This document shows, piece after piece, positions 19,589-27,608 of a stretch of DNA of 27,608 nt. The stretch lies in the IMG/VR virus record IMGVR_UViG_2711768038_000004; one strand, 5' to 3'. Below the pieces are notes generated by a model. The model saw only the letters and a program-made list of their open reading frames with translations, searched no databases and was not told the DNA's origin. The position numbers and the translations under genes were made by a program. The stretch is from a virus (taxonomy: Duplodnaviria > Heunggongvirae > Uroviricota > Caudoviricetes). Positions within the stretch are counted from its first letter, which is position 1. The number at the start of each line of letters is the position of its first letter.

Positions 19589-20608
19589 TTATCCTCTGAA
19601 ACCAGGCGGAATTTCTGTATCCGGTTCAGAAATATGATTAACACAACGCTGTACAGGTGAACGTCCCAGGCGGATGACCAGTTCGTCCCATTTTTCGCGG
19701 AGCTTTGACGGGCTCATGATGTTTTTTACCCAGAATGGATCTCGCTGAACCCGACCAAACATTTCGCAAATTTGTCTGTGGCTTCTGCCATCCAGCATCC
19801 GCATTGTGCGCACGTCATTGGCCCAGGCAGTCCAGTTAGGCTCTTTTGGTCGCATGATCTCGCCATCATCACTGGCTGCCTGTTCGTAGAGACCCACGAT
19901 CCGCCCCCAGATCCACTGCGCACACGCCAAATCCTCCCTGCTACCCCACTGGCGTTTTTTCGCACTAAACACAACCGCGTCGGAGTTCCGGGTTAAAAAA
20001 TCCTGTTCAGTCGTCTGCGGGTCCGGTTGCGAAGCTTCCGGACGAAAAGTGTTTTTATTCTCTGTAGTAATCTCTGTTGTATTCTCTGTAAGATCATCAG
20101 GCCATTTTGACCCGATGACATTGGGTCGTTTTGAACCAATGGAGCGTTTCATTTTGACCTCTTCCATCGTGTCATTTTGACCTGATGGAGCGGCGCATTT
20201 TGAACCGATGGATTCGCTCAATTTGCCACCATCTAAAAGCTCGCTCCCATAGTTGATCGTGTAGAAATTGGTCATATCGCGCTTTGATTTATTGAGCTTT
20301 TCACAACGCAAAAGCCCCAGCGTTTTCAGACTTGCAAACGCGCGCTTTAACGTTGACTCTGACCAGAATGGGAACTGTTCCAGCCATTGTTCCGTTGTGT
20401 TATAAATCCAGCGAACACCATCACATTCCATGCCGGAGTTGGTATCTCTCAACCAGTAGTGCAGTTGTTGCAAAACAATGGCTTCGTTTAAGCCAATTTT
20501 CATTGCCAGCTGCGTGTTTATAACCAGTGGGCGTTCAGCAAAAAGAAGGCTCATAATTCCATCCAGCTTTTTGTTGGTATTGCTGTCGATACGCAAGTTT
20601 GAAAGCAA
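19589..20608 (-). CDS. Replication initiator (lambda O-like): N-terminal DNA-binding domain, repeat-encoding linker, C-terminal domain; likely start at Met19 (20554)
   Basis: Position after the Cro-like and YdaT-like genes; protein repeats (SIGSK x3, TENTTEITTEN) coincide with DNA iterons inside the gene. Confidence 0.65.
   Translation of the reverse strand: MLSNLRIDSNTNKKLDGIMSLLFAERPLVINTQLAMKIGLNEAIVLQQLHYWLRDTNSGMECDGVRWIYNTTEQWLEQFPFWSESTLKRAFASLKTLGLLRCEKLNKSKRDMTNFYTINYGSELLDGGKLSESIGSKCAAPSGQNDTMEEVKMKRSIGSKRPNVIGSKWPDDLTENTTEITTENKNTFRPEASQPDPQTTEQDFLTRNSDAVVFSAKKRQWGSREDLACAQWIWGRIVGLYEQAASDDGEIMRPKEPNWTAWANDVRTMRMLDGRSHRQICEMFGRVQRDPFWVKNIMSPSKLREKWDELVIRLGRSPVQRCVNHISEPDTEIPPGFRG
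20059..20211. repeat. Candidate replication origin: five ~23-bp iterons (CATTTTGA(C/A)C-N-GATGG) at 20103-20211 plus three 12-bp tandem repeats (ATTCTCTGTAGT-like) at 20059-20094
   Basis: Direct repeats with about 23-bp periodicity, read directly; they lie in the interdomain linker of the initiator gene, as in lambda O. Confidence 0.65.
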
Positions 20609-21056
20609 TTGCTTTTTCTATAAGTTCGTCAGTTTCACGATCCACTACGGCAGGATCAGCAAAAAGCAGTCCGGACTCCACCACATCGCCATATTCTTTG
20701 TTTAACCCGGCGATCATGCACGTGATGCTTTTTCCGTCAGTAATTTCACGATACAACCTGAAATCATTAATCCGGATAGCCTCCATAATTGCAGGCACTA
20801 GCGCCGTGAACTTTTCACGCTTATCCCTGGTGTCGATAGCCTTCCAGCGTTCAAATATCTTCACTCGATTAACGCCAAGCGCTCGCTGATCAATCGCGCC
20901 ACCTTCATATGTGACACGCTGAACATCGATGTTCGGGCGCTCTTTCAAAGCCCAGAATGCTTCAGTGATTAATATCGTCGCCTGCTCCTGTGTCATTCCT
21001 GGTCGACATATCCAGGCATCCAGAGCCTCACGAGCCTGTTCAGGAGTGATTTTCAT
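20535..21056 (-). CDS. YdaT-like protein (CII-position regulator of YdaS/YdaT-type switches), 173 aa
   Basis: Resembles Rac YdaT as I recall it (...ERWKAIDTRDKREKFTALVPAIMEAI...); located directly after the Cro-like gene. Confidence 0.55.
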   Translation of the reverse strand: MKITPEQAREALDAWICRPGMTQEQATILITEAFWALKERPNIDVQRVTYEGGAIDQRALGVNRVKIFERWKAIDTRDKREKFTALVPAIMEAIRINDFRLYREITDGKSITCMIAGLNKEYGDVVESGLLFADPAVVDRETDELIEKAIAFKLAYRQQYQQKAGWNYEPSFC

Positions 21057-21270
21057 TGTTCAACCGCCCCGCCCGCTTCGTCTTACGATATTCATCATAA
21101 ACTTTGGGATCATACTGAAGCTCCCCGCCAGATGCCTCCTGTAGACGCATCGCGCGACCTTCGGGAACTAAATCCCCTTTCCAGCTATAAAGCGAAGCCA
21201 AACGAATACCTGCTGCTTGTGCAAGTTTTGTTTTTGAACCGAAATACAAAAGAGCGTCAGTTTTAAGCAT
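21040..21270 (-). CDS. dicC: DicC, Cro-like repressor, 76 aa
   Basis: MLKTDALLYFGSKTKLAQAAGIRLASLYSWKGD... Confidence 0.85.
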   Translation of the reverse strand: MLKTDALLYFGSKTKLAQAAGIRLASLYSWKGDLVPEGRAMRLQEASGGELQYDPKVYDEYRKTKRAGRLNNENHS

Positions 21271-21353
21271 TTAAAACACCTTTATTGTTAGTCATAACTA
21301 ACAAGATAGATGTTAACAAAAACATAGTCAATACGATTTAGCATTAGCTAACT
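21271..21353. promoter_or_regulatory. Divergent dicA/dicC promoter-operator region (Oc): palindromes TTGTTAGTCATAACTAACAA (21286-21305), TGTTAACA, TTAGCattaGCTAA
   Basis: Inverted repeats in the 83-bp interval between divergent repressor genes. Confidence 0.6.
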
Positions 21354-21761
21354 ATGGAAACAAAAAATTTAACTATCGGCGAACGCATCAGGTATCGTCG
21401 GAAAAACCTCAAACACACCCAAAGGTCTCTTGCTAAAGCCCTGAAAATCTCCCATGTGTCTGTATCACAATGGGAACGGGGTGATAGTGAACCTACAGGG
21501 AAGAACCTTTTTGCCCTCAGCAAAGTATTGCAATGCTCACCAACATGGATTCTATTTGGCGATGAAGACAAGCAACCAACACCACCTGTTGAGAAGCCAG
21601 TTGCCTTATCCCCCAAAGAACTAGAGCTCCTTGAGCTGTTTAATGCACTGCCAGAATCAGAACAGGATACCCAGCTCGCCGAAATGCGAGCTCGAGTAAA
21701 AAACTTCAATAAACTCTTTGAAGAATTACTAAAAGCCCGTCAGCGGACAAATAAAAGATAA
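21354..21761 (+). CDS. dicA: DicA, CI-like HTH-XRE repressor, 135 aa
   Basis: METKNLTIGERIRYRRKNLKHTQRSLAKALKISHVSVSQWERGD... Confidence 0.9.
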   Translation: METKNLTIGERIRYRRKNLKHTQRSLAKALKISHVSVSQWERGDSEPTGKNLFALSKVLQCSPTWILFGDEDKQPTPPVEKPVALSPKELELLELFNALPESEQDTQLAEMRARVKNFNKLFEELLKARQRTNKR

Positions 21762-21795
21762 CATCATCAATGAGTTATCTTTTACCACATCAATT

Positions 21796-21850
21796 ATGTT
21801 AGCTATAGCATACAAAATCACTTGACCGATATGTTAGTCATGGCTAATCT
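21796..21850 (+). promoter_or_regulatory. Promoter of the ydfABC-dicF-dicB operon (TTGACC-N17-TAATCT, 21822-21850) with DicA-operator-like sites ATGTTAGCTATAGCAT and ATGTTAGTCATGGCTAA
   Basis: Hexamers and TGTTAG(T/C)(C/T)AT repeats, the second overlapping the spacer; the same motif occurs in Oc. Confidence 0.5.
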
Positions 21851-21927
21851 TGTTTGCATCAACACACCGCACGGTGTTCTCAGCAAACAGTTCCGCTACC
21901 CCAGCGTTAAGGGGAAATGAGGTCAGC

Positions 21928-22083
21928 ATGGATACTATCGATCTTGGCAACAACGAATCTCTGGTGTACGGCGTGTTTCCAAACCAGGACGGCACGTTCA
22001 CCGCAATGACGTATACCAAAAGCAAAACGTTTAAAACCGAAAATGGTGCCCGTCGCTGGCTGGAAAGAAACTCAGGTGAGTGA
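21928..22083 (+). CDS. ydfA: YdfA, 51 aa
   Basis: MDTIDLGNNESLVYGVFPNQDGTFTAMTYTKSKTFKTENGARRWLERNSGE. Confidence 0.8.
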   Translation: MDTIDLGNNESLVYGVFPNQDGTFTAMTYTKSKTFKTENGARRWLERNSGE

Positions 22084-22084
22084 T

Positions 22085-22213
22085 ATGGATTTCGACACAA
22101 TCATGGAAAAGGCTTACGAAGAATACTTCGAAGGCCTTGCCGAAGGCGAAGAAGCTCTCAGCTTCAGTGAGTTTAAACAGGCGCTTTCCAGTTCGGCAAA
22201 ATCTAACGGCTGA
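22085..22213 (+). CDS. ydfB: YdfB, 42 aa
   Basis: Translated by hand: MDFDTIMEKAYEEYFEGLAEGEEALSFSEFKQALSSSAKSNG. Confidence 0.7.
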   Translation: MDFDTIMEKAYEEYFEGLAEGEEALSFSEFKQALSSSAKSNG

Positions 22214-22242
22214 TAAGCGAAACAGCACCGCGAGGAATCAGT

Positions 22243-22461
22243 ATGCAGAAACGAGAACCCGTCATCATCGCGCCAGACTATACCGATGATGAACTTTATG
22301 AGTGGATGCGCCAGAAAATTAATGCAGCGCAGGATCTGAAATGGGCTAATGAAGCCAGGGCTAAGCAGGCTGAAAATCTGTCCGCTCTGGAGCAGGATAT
22401 CACCAATCTGGAAAAAGCAGCGGCATTAAGCATTGCCAGAATGATTACATACCCGCGTTAG
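22243..22461 (+). CDS. ydfC: YdfC, 72 aa
   Basis: MQKREPVIIAPDYTDDELYEWMRQKINAAQD...; GAGG RBS. Confidence 0.8.
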   Translation: MQKREPVIIAPDYTDDELYEWMRQKINAAQDLKWANEARAKQAENLSALEQDITNLEKAAALSIARMITYPR

Positions 22462-22801
22462 TAGCTAATCAACAAAGCTAAGGTTAGTAATTAAGGAGTT
22501 CTCCACGGGTGAGGTGGAGTGCGTGCGCCGGACACGGGTGCGCATCCGGAACTGACAGTTTACTGAAAGGATATTTCCCTGAAAAGTCAGACCATAACGC
22601 GAAAGCGCACGGCGAGGTAGCTGGTTCATAGATAGCCTGTCGTTAAATTTTCGTCGACCGTGCGCTTCCGGTTGTGGCAACCCGCGAAATGGCGCGGCGG
22701 TAAGTATGGCGGGGTTATTCCTTCCCCGTTGAGGACACCGGGTTGTCAGGTTGACCATACGCTTAAGTGACAACCCCGCTGCAACGCCCTCTGTTATCAA
22801 T

Positions 22802-22854
22802 TTTCTGGTGACGTTTGGCGGTATCAGTTTTACTCCGTGACTGCTCTGCCGCCC
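22802..22854 (+). ncRNA. dicF: DicF small RNA (53 nt; antisense inhibitor of ftsZ and other targets), processed from the operon transcript
   Basis: Matches my recollection of DicF (UUUCUGGUGACGUUUGGCGGUAUCAGUUUUACUCCGUGACUGCUCUGCCGCCC) followed by a U-run. Confidence 0.8.
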
Positions 22855-23028
22855 TTTTTAAAGTGAATTTTGTGATGTGGTGAATGCGGCTGAGCGCACG
22901 CGGAACAGTTAAAACCAAAAACAGTGTTATGGGTGGATTCTCTGTATCCGGCGTTAATTGTTAACTGGTTAACGTCACCTGGAGGCACCAGGCACTGCAT
23001 CACAAAATTCATTGTTGAGGACGCGATA

Positions 23029-23217
23029 ATGAAAACGTTATTACCAAACGTTAATACGTCTGAAGGTTGTTTTGAAATTGGTGTCACTATCAGTAACCCA
23101 GTATTTACTGAAGATGCCATTAACAAGAGAAAACAAGAACGGGAGCTATTAAATAAAATATGCATTGTTTCAATGCTGGCTCGTTTACGTCTGATGCCAA
23201 AAGGATGTGCACAATGA
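23029..23217 (+). CDS. dicB: DicB cell-division inhibitor, 62 aa
   Basis: MKTLLPNVNTSEGCFEIGVTISNPVFTEDAINKRKQERELLNKICIVSMLARLRLMPKGCAQ. Confidence 0.85.
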   Translation: MKTLLPNVNTSEGCFEIGVTISNPVFTEDAINKRKQERELLNKICIVSMLARLRLMPKGCAQ

Positions 23218-23405
23218 ATTCAGCATTTGTGCTTGTTCTGACAGTTTTTCTTGTTTCCGGAGAGCCAGTTGATATTGCAGTCAGTGTTCACAGGACAATG
23301 CAGGAGTGTATGACTGCAGCAACCGAACAGAAAATTCCCGGTAACTGTTACCCGGTCGATAAAGTTATTCACCAGGATAATATCGAAATCCCGGCAGGTC
23401 TTTAA
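23214..23405 (+). CDS. ydfD: YdfD, 63 aa, small membrane/lysis protein; start overlaps the dicB stop (ATGA)
   Basis: MNSAFVLVLTVFLVSGEPVDIAVSVHR... Confidence 0.8.
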   Translation: MNSAFVLVLTVFLVSGEPVDIAVSVHRTMQECMTAATEQKIPGNCYPVDKVIHQDNIEIPAGL

Positions 23406-23497
23406 AACAGTTCCGTAATAAATATCCGGTTTCATTCTTATATGCCAGCAATGGCAGGGATTTGTTCATCCTTAAATCTGTCATGAGGTTAAAACAA

Positions 23498-25969
23498 ATG
23501 AGTAAAGTCTTTATTTGCGCCGCTATTCCTGACGAACTGGCAACAAGGGAAGAAGGCGCTGTGGCTGTAGCCACAGCCATTGAAGCTGGCGACGAACGCC
23601 GTGCTCGAGCAAAATTTCACTGGCAATTCCTGGAACATTATCCGGCTGCTCAGGACTGCGCTTATAAATTTATTGTCTGCGAGGATAAACCTGGCATACC
23701 CCGCCCTGCCCTCGATTCATGGGATGCTGAATATATGCAGGAAAACCGCTGGGATGAGGAGTCTGCTTCTTTTGTCCCGGTTGAGACTGAATCCGATCCG
23801 ATGAACGTCACTTTTGACAAGCTGGCCCCTGAAGTACAGAACGCTGTCATGGTTAAGTTCGACACATGTGAAAACATCACCGTTGATATGGTTATTAGCG
23901 CACAGGAATTGTTGCAGGAAGACATGGCAACATTCGACGGACATATCGTTGAAGCGTTGATGAAAATGCCAGAAGTTAACGCCATGTATCCGGAGCTTAA
24001 GTTGCACGCCATTGGGTGGGTTAAGCATAAATGTATTCCTGGTGCTAAATGGCCCGAAATTCAGGCAGAGATGCGCATCTGGAAAAAACGTCGCGAAGGT
24101 GAACGCAAGGAAACCGGAAAATACACGTCTGTTGTTGATCTCGCCCGCGCCAGAGCCAATCAACAGTACACTGAAAATTCAACAGGAAAAATCAGCCCGG
24201 TCATTGCTGCCATTCATCGCGAATACAAGCAGACATGGAAAACACTGGATGACGAACTGGCCTACGCTCTCTGGCCTAGTGATGTGGATGCCGGAAACAT
24301 TGACGGCAGCATCCATCGCTGGGCAAAAAAAGAAGTTATCGACAACGACCGCGAAGACTGGAAGCGTATCTCGGCATCAATGCGCAAACAGCCTGATGCC
24401 CTTCGCTACGACCGCCAAACTATTTTTGGCCTTGTCCGTGAGCGTCCGATCGACATTCACAAAGATCCCGTAGCACTGAACAAATATATCTGCGAATACC
24501 TGACGACAAAGGGCGTGTTTGAGAATGAAGAAACAGACCTGGGCACTGTTGATGTTCTCCAGTCATCAGAAACACAAACTGATGCAGTGGAAACTGAGGT
24601 ATCTGATATCCCAAAAAATGAAACCGCGCCGGAAGCTGAACCATCTGTAGAGCGTGAGGGGCCGTTCTATTTCCTCTTCGCAGATAAGGACGGAGAAAAA
24701 TACGGTCGCGCAAACAAACTCTCTGGTCTGGATAAGGCACTGGCTGCTGGCGCCACTGAAATCACAAAAGAAGAATATTTTGCCCGAAAAAATGGCACAT
24801 ACACGGGCTTACCGCAAAATGTAGATACCGCTGAAGATTCAGAACAACCAGAGCCGATAAAAGTTACCGCTGACGAAGTAAACAAAATTATGCAGGCAGC
24901 CAATATCAGCCAGCCTGACGCCGATAAGTTGCTTGCTGCATCACGTGGTGAATTTGTTGAAGGGATTAGTGACCCGAATGATCCGAAATGGGTTAAGGGG
25001 CTCCAGACCCGCGATTCTGTGAACCAGAACCAGCATGAATCGGAACGGAACTACCAAAAAGCGGAACAAAACAGTCCAAATGCGTTACAAAACGAGCCAG
25101 AAACGAAACAGCCTGAACCAGTAGCGCAACAGGAAGTGGAAAAAGTCTGCACCGCCTGCGGTCAGACCGGCGGCGGCAACTGCCCTGATTGTGGCGCGGT
25201 GATGGGCGACGCAACATACCAAGAAACATTCGATGAAGAGTATCAGGTTGAAGTTCAGGAAGATGATCCGGAGGAAATGGAAGGCGCTGAACATCCACAC
25301 AAGGAGAACACTGGCGGCAATCAGCATCACAATAGCGATAATGAAACTGGCGAGACGGCAGATCACCCAATTAAGGTGAACGGTCATCACGAAATCACAT
25401 CCACCAGCAGGACGTGTGACCATCTAATGATCGACCTTGAAACCATGGGAAAAAATCCTGATGCCCCGATCATCTCAATAGGTGCAATATTTTTCGATCC
25501 GCAAACCGGAGATATGGGACCGGAATTTAGTAAGACTATCGATCTGGAAACTGCTGGCGGAGTCATTGATCGGGACACCATTAAATGGTGGCTTAAGCAA
25601 TCACGCGAAGCGCAATCTGCCATTATGACCGATGAAATCCCGTTAGATGATGCACTGTTACAATTGCGAGAATTTATCGACGAAAACTCCGGTGAATTTT
25701 TTGTTCAGGTTTGGGGAAATGGAGCCAACTTCGACAACACGATTTTGCGCCGTTCATACGAACGGCAGGGGATCCCCTGCCCGTGGCGTTACTACAACGA
25801 TCGCGATGTACGCACAATCGTTGAGCTGGGGAAAGCCATAGACTTCGATGCCAGAACGGCTATTCCATTCGAAGGTGAGCGCCATAATGCACTTGATGAC
25901 GCCCGTTACCAGGCAAAATACGTTTCAGTTATCTGGCAAAAACTGATCCCGAGTCAGGCTGATTCTTAA
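23498..25969 (+). CDS. ydfE: YdfE-like large early-left-operon protein (823 aa), intact, with C-terminal DEDDh 3'-5' exonuclease domain and an internal Cys4 zinc ribbon
   Basis: Start MSKVFICAAIPDE with GAGG RBS (ORF track begins at 23462). Motifs DLETMG, GNGANFDNT, HNALDDARY; CTACGQTGGGNCPDCG. Confidence 0.75.
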   Translation: MSKVFICAAIPDELATREEGAVAVATAIEAGDERRARAKFHWQFLEHYPAAQDCAYKFIVCEDKPGIPRPALDSWDAEYMQENRWDEESASFVPVETESDPMNVTFDKLAPEVQNAVMVKFDTCENITVDMVISAQELLQEDMATFDGHIVEALMKMPEVNAMYPELKLHAIGWVKHKCIPGAKWPEIQAEMRIWKKRREGERKETGKYTSVVDLARARANQQYTENSTGKISPVIAAIHREYKQTWKTLDDELAYALWPSDVDAGNIDGSIHRWAKKEVIDNDREDWKRISASMRKQPDALRYDRQTIFGLVRERPIDIHKDPVALNKYICEYLTTKGVFENEETDLGTVDVLQSSETQTDAVETEVSDIPKNETAPEAEPSVEREGPFYFLFADKDGEKYGRANKLSGLDKALAAGATEITKEEYFARKNGTYTGLPQNVDTAEDSEQPEPIKVTADEVNKIMQAANISQPDADKLLAASRGEFVEGISDPNDPKWVKGLQTRDSVNQNQHESERNYQKAEQNSPNALQNEPETKQPEPVAQQEVEKVCTACGQTGGGNCPDCGAVMGDATYQETFDEEYQVEVQEDDPEEMEGAEHPHKENTGGNQHHNSDNETGETADHPIKVNGHHEITSTSRTCDHLMIDLETMGKNPDAPIISIGAIFFDPQTGDMGPEFSKTIDLETAGGVIDRDTIKWWLKQSREAQSAIMTDEIPLDDALLQLREFIDENSGEFFVQVWGNGANFDNTILRRSYERQGIPCPWRYYNDRDVRTIVELGKAIDFDARTAIPFEGERHNALDDARYQAKYVSVIWQKLIPSQADS

Positions 25970-26041
25970 TGTTCAACTGTCGCCGGTTGTGACTGGTATT
26001 CTGCAACCGGCGCTCGTCTGATGTAAGAGATAAAGAAATCG

Positions 26042-26293
26042 ATGAGCGAAGTAATCATGATTGTCTCTCCCGGCAAATGGGTATCCGAAGAGCAGTTAAT
26101 TGCGCTGAAAGGAATAAAAAAAGGTACGTTAAAAAAGGCCCGGGAAAAATCGTTTATGGAAGGAAGGGAATATAAGCATGTCGCTCATGACGGTATGCCA
26201 TGGGATAACAGTCCATGCTTTTACAACCTGGAAGAAATTGATCGCTGGATTGAGCGCCAGGCATCAGCGAGACCAAGACGTCATCTTACTTGA
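26042..26293 (+). CDS. Excisionase-like protein (Xis), 83 aa or shorter
   Basis: Small basic protein immediately upstream of int; architecture inference. Confidence 0.55.
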   Translation: MSEVIMIVSPGKWVSEEQLIALKGIKKGTLKKAREKSFMEGREYKHVAHDGMPWDNSPCFYNLEEIDRWIERQASARPRRHLT

Positions 26294-26312
26294 CTAAAAG
26301 CCACACTAACTA

Positions 26313-27608
26313 ATGAGAGAAGTTGAAATGAAATATCCGACAGGCGTGGAAAACCATGGAGGGAAATTACGTATCTGGTTTGTTTATAAAGACGTAAGAG
26401 TCAGGGAAAATCTGGGGGTTCCTGACACAGCAAAAAACAGGCGCGTTGCAGGTGAACTACGCTCCTCTGTTTGTTACGCAATAAAAACTGGTGTTTTCGA
26501 CTATGCAAAACAGTTTCCCTCCTCACGCAATCTGGAAAAATTTGGTGAGGCCCGACAAGATTTAACCATAAAAGAACTGGCTGAAAAATTTCTGGCACTG
26601 AAAGAAACTGAAGTCGCCAAAACATCACTCAACACATACCGTGCCGTCATCAAAAATATCCTGAGCATAATCGGTGAAAAAAATCTTGCCTCATCGATTA
26701 ATAAAGAAAAATTACTGGAGGTTCGTAAAGAGTTACTGACTGGATACCAGATCCCCAAAAGTAACTATATTGTTACACAACCAGGGAGATCGGCTGTAAC
26801 TGTAAATAATTACATGACAAATCTTAACGCCGTGTTCCAGTTTGGTGTTGATAACGGTTACCTGGCAGATAATCCGTTTAAGGGGATCTCGCCATTAAAG
26901 GAATCAAGAACCATTCCGGATCCTCTTTCGCGGGAAGAATTTATCCGTCTTATCGATGCGTGCAGAAATCAGCAAGCAAAAAATTTATGGTGTGTTTCTG
27001 TTTATACTGGAGTTCGCCCTGGTGAGCTGTGTGCACTTGGATGGGAGGACATAGATCTGAAAAATGGAACAATGATGATCAGGAGAAATTTAGCAAAAGA
27101 CCGTTTCACGGTACCAAAAACACAGGCGGGAACCAATCGGGTCATTCATCTTATTAAGCCAGCAATCGACGCTCTCCGGAGTCAGATGACATTAACGAGA
27201 CTGAGCAAAGAGCATATCATTGATGTTCACCTCAGAGAGTATGGCAGAACAGAAAAACAAAAATGCACCTTTGTTTTTCAACCTGAAGTGTCAGCGAGAG
27301 TAAAAAATTATGGTGACCATTTTACCGTTGACTCAATAAGGCAGATGTGGGACGCAGCGATAAAACGTGCCGGACTCCGCCATCGAAAATCATATCAGTC
27401 GAGACATACTTATGCCTGCTGGTCGCTGACAGCTGGTGCTAACCCGGCATTTATAGCAAACCAGATGGGCCATGCAGATGCGCAAATGGTATTTCAGGTA
27501 TACGGAAAATGGATGTCTGAAAACAATAATGCACAGGTAGCTTTGTTAAATACACAGTTAAGCGAGTTTGCCCCAACCATGCCCCATAACGAAGCAATGA
27601 AAAATTAA
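26313..27608 (+). CDS. intQ: Tyrosine integrase (IntR/IntQ-type with N-terminal arm-binding domain), intact; stop is the last codon of the window
   Basis: N-terminal PTGVE..G.LRIWF motif; C-terminal catalytic residues (R..., HTYACW, VYGKW Tyr). Confidence 0.85.
   Translation: MREVEMKYPTGVENHGGKLRIWFVYKDVRVRENLGVPDTAKNRRVAGELRSSVCYAIKTGVFDYAKQFPSSRNLEKFGEARQDLTIKELAEKFLALKETEVAKTSLNTYRAVIKNILSIIGEKNLASSINKEKLLEVRKELLTGYQIPKSNYIVTQPGRSAVTVNNYMTNLNAVFQFGVDNGYLADNPFKGISPLKESRTIPDPLSREEFIRLIDACRNQQAKNLWCVSVYTGVRPGELCALGWEDIDLKNGTMMIRRNLAKDRFTVPKTQAGTNRVIHLIKPAIDALRSQMTLTRLSKEHIIDVHLREYGRTEKQKCTFVFQPEVSARVKNYGDHFTVDSIRQMWDAAIKRAGLRHRKSYQSRHTYACWSLTAGANPAFIANQMGHADAQMVFQVYGKWMSENNNAQVALLNTQLSEFAPTMPHNEAMKN

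Noticed and set aside
22465-22800. 111-aa minus-strand ORF between ydfC and dicF
   Set aside because: Lies antisense in the untranslated DicF precursor region; Arg/Pro-rich low-complexity translation typical of GC-rich non-coding sequence.
23580-25623. Many opposite-strand or out-of-frame ORFs inside ydfE (23580-23804, 23662-24012, 23717-24163, 24012-24473, 24420-24740, 24667-24903, 24993-25370, 25085-25423, 25387-25623)
   Set aside because: Nested in a long gene with strong domain evidence.
23498-25969. Calling YdfE a RecE/exonuclease VIII homologue
   Set aside because: The catalytic motifs are DEDDh (3'-5'), not the PD-(D/E)XK fold of RecE; no RecT/Bet partner is present.
26401-26758. Minus-strand ORFs inside int
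   Set aside because: Antisense to the integrase.

Overview
The window is almost entirely a defective lambdoid prophage of the E. coli Qin type. It lies between a 5'-truncated host MFS transporter gene (ydfJ, 1-1284, minus strand) and the prophage integrase at the right edge (26313-27608). All gene names come from my recollection of the protein sequences; no database search was run. Modules from left to right: ydfK; serine recombinase pinQ; tail-fibre assembly tfaQ; a chimeric Nu1'-'tail-fibre ORF next to an apparently intact lambda-like cos site, with all head and tail genes missing; morons ynfO, ydfO, gnsB, ynfN; a phage-21-type lysis cassette (essQ, ydfR, rrrQ, rzpQ/rzoQ) interleaved with three CspA-family genes (cspI, cspB, cspF) and ynfU; Q antiterminator quuQ with ydfU; rem; the relB-relE-hokD toxin-antitoxin operon; flxA with a sigma-28 promoter; a DDE (rve) transposase-like gene; a decayed stretch where three adjacent genes each carry an in-frame stop codon, one of them a DNA methyltransferase; an O-like replication initiator with iterons inside its coding sequence; a YdaT-like gene and the DicC/DicA switch; the ydfABC-dicF-dicB-ydfD operon; an intact YdfE (823 aa) with a C-terminal DEDDh exonuclease domain; xis and int. 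No rRNA, tRNA or CRISPR array was recognised. As far as I remember the K-12 reference Qin, this copy is more complete (intact int, intact ydfE, about 4.5 kb extra between flxA and dicC). I did not find a clearly novel multi-gene system; the best candidates for a second look are the nonsense-interrupted gene cluster, the small membrane protein plus DDE gene, and the cos-bearing, packaging-deficient architecture.
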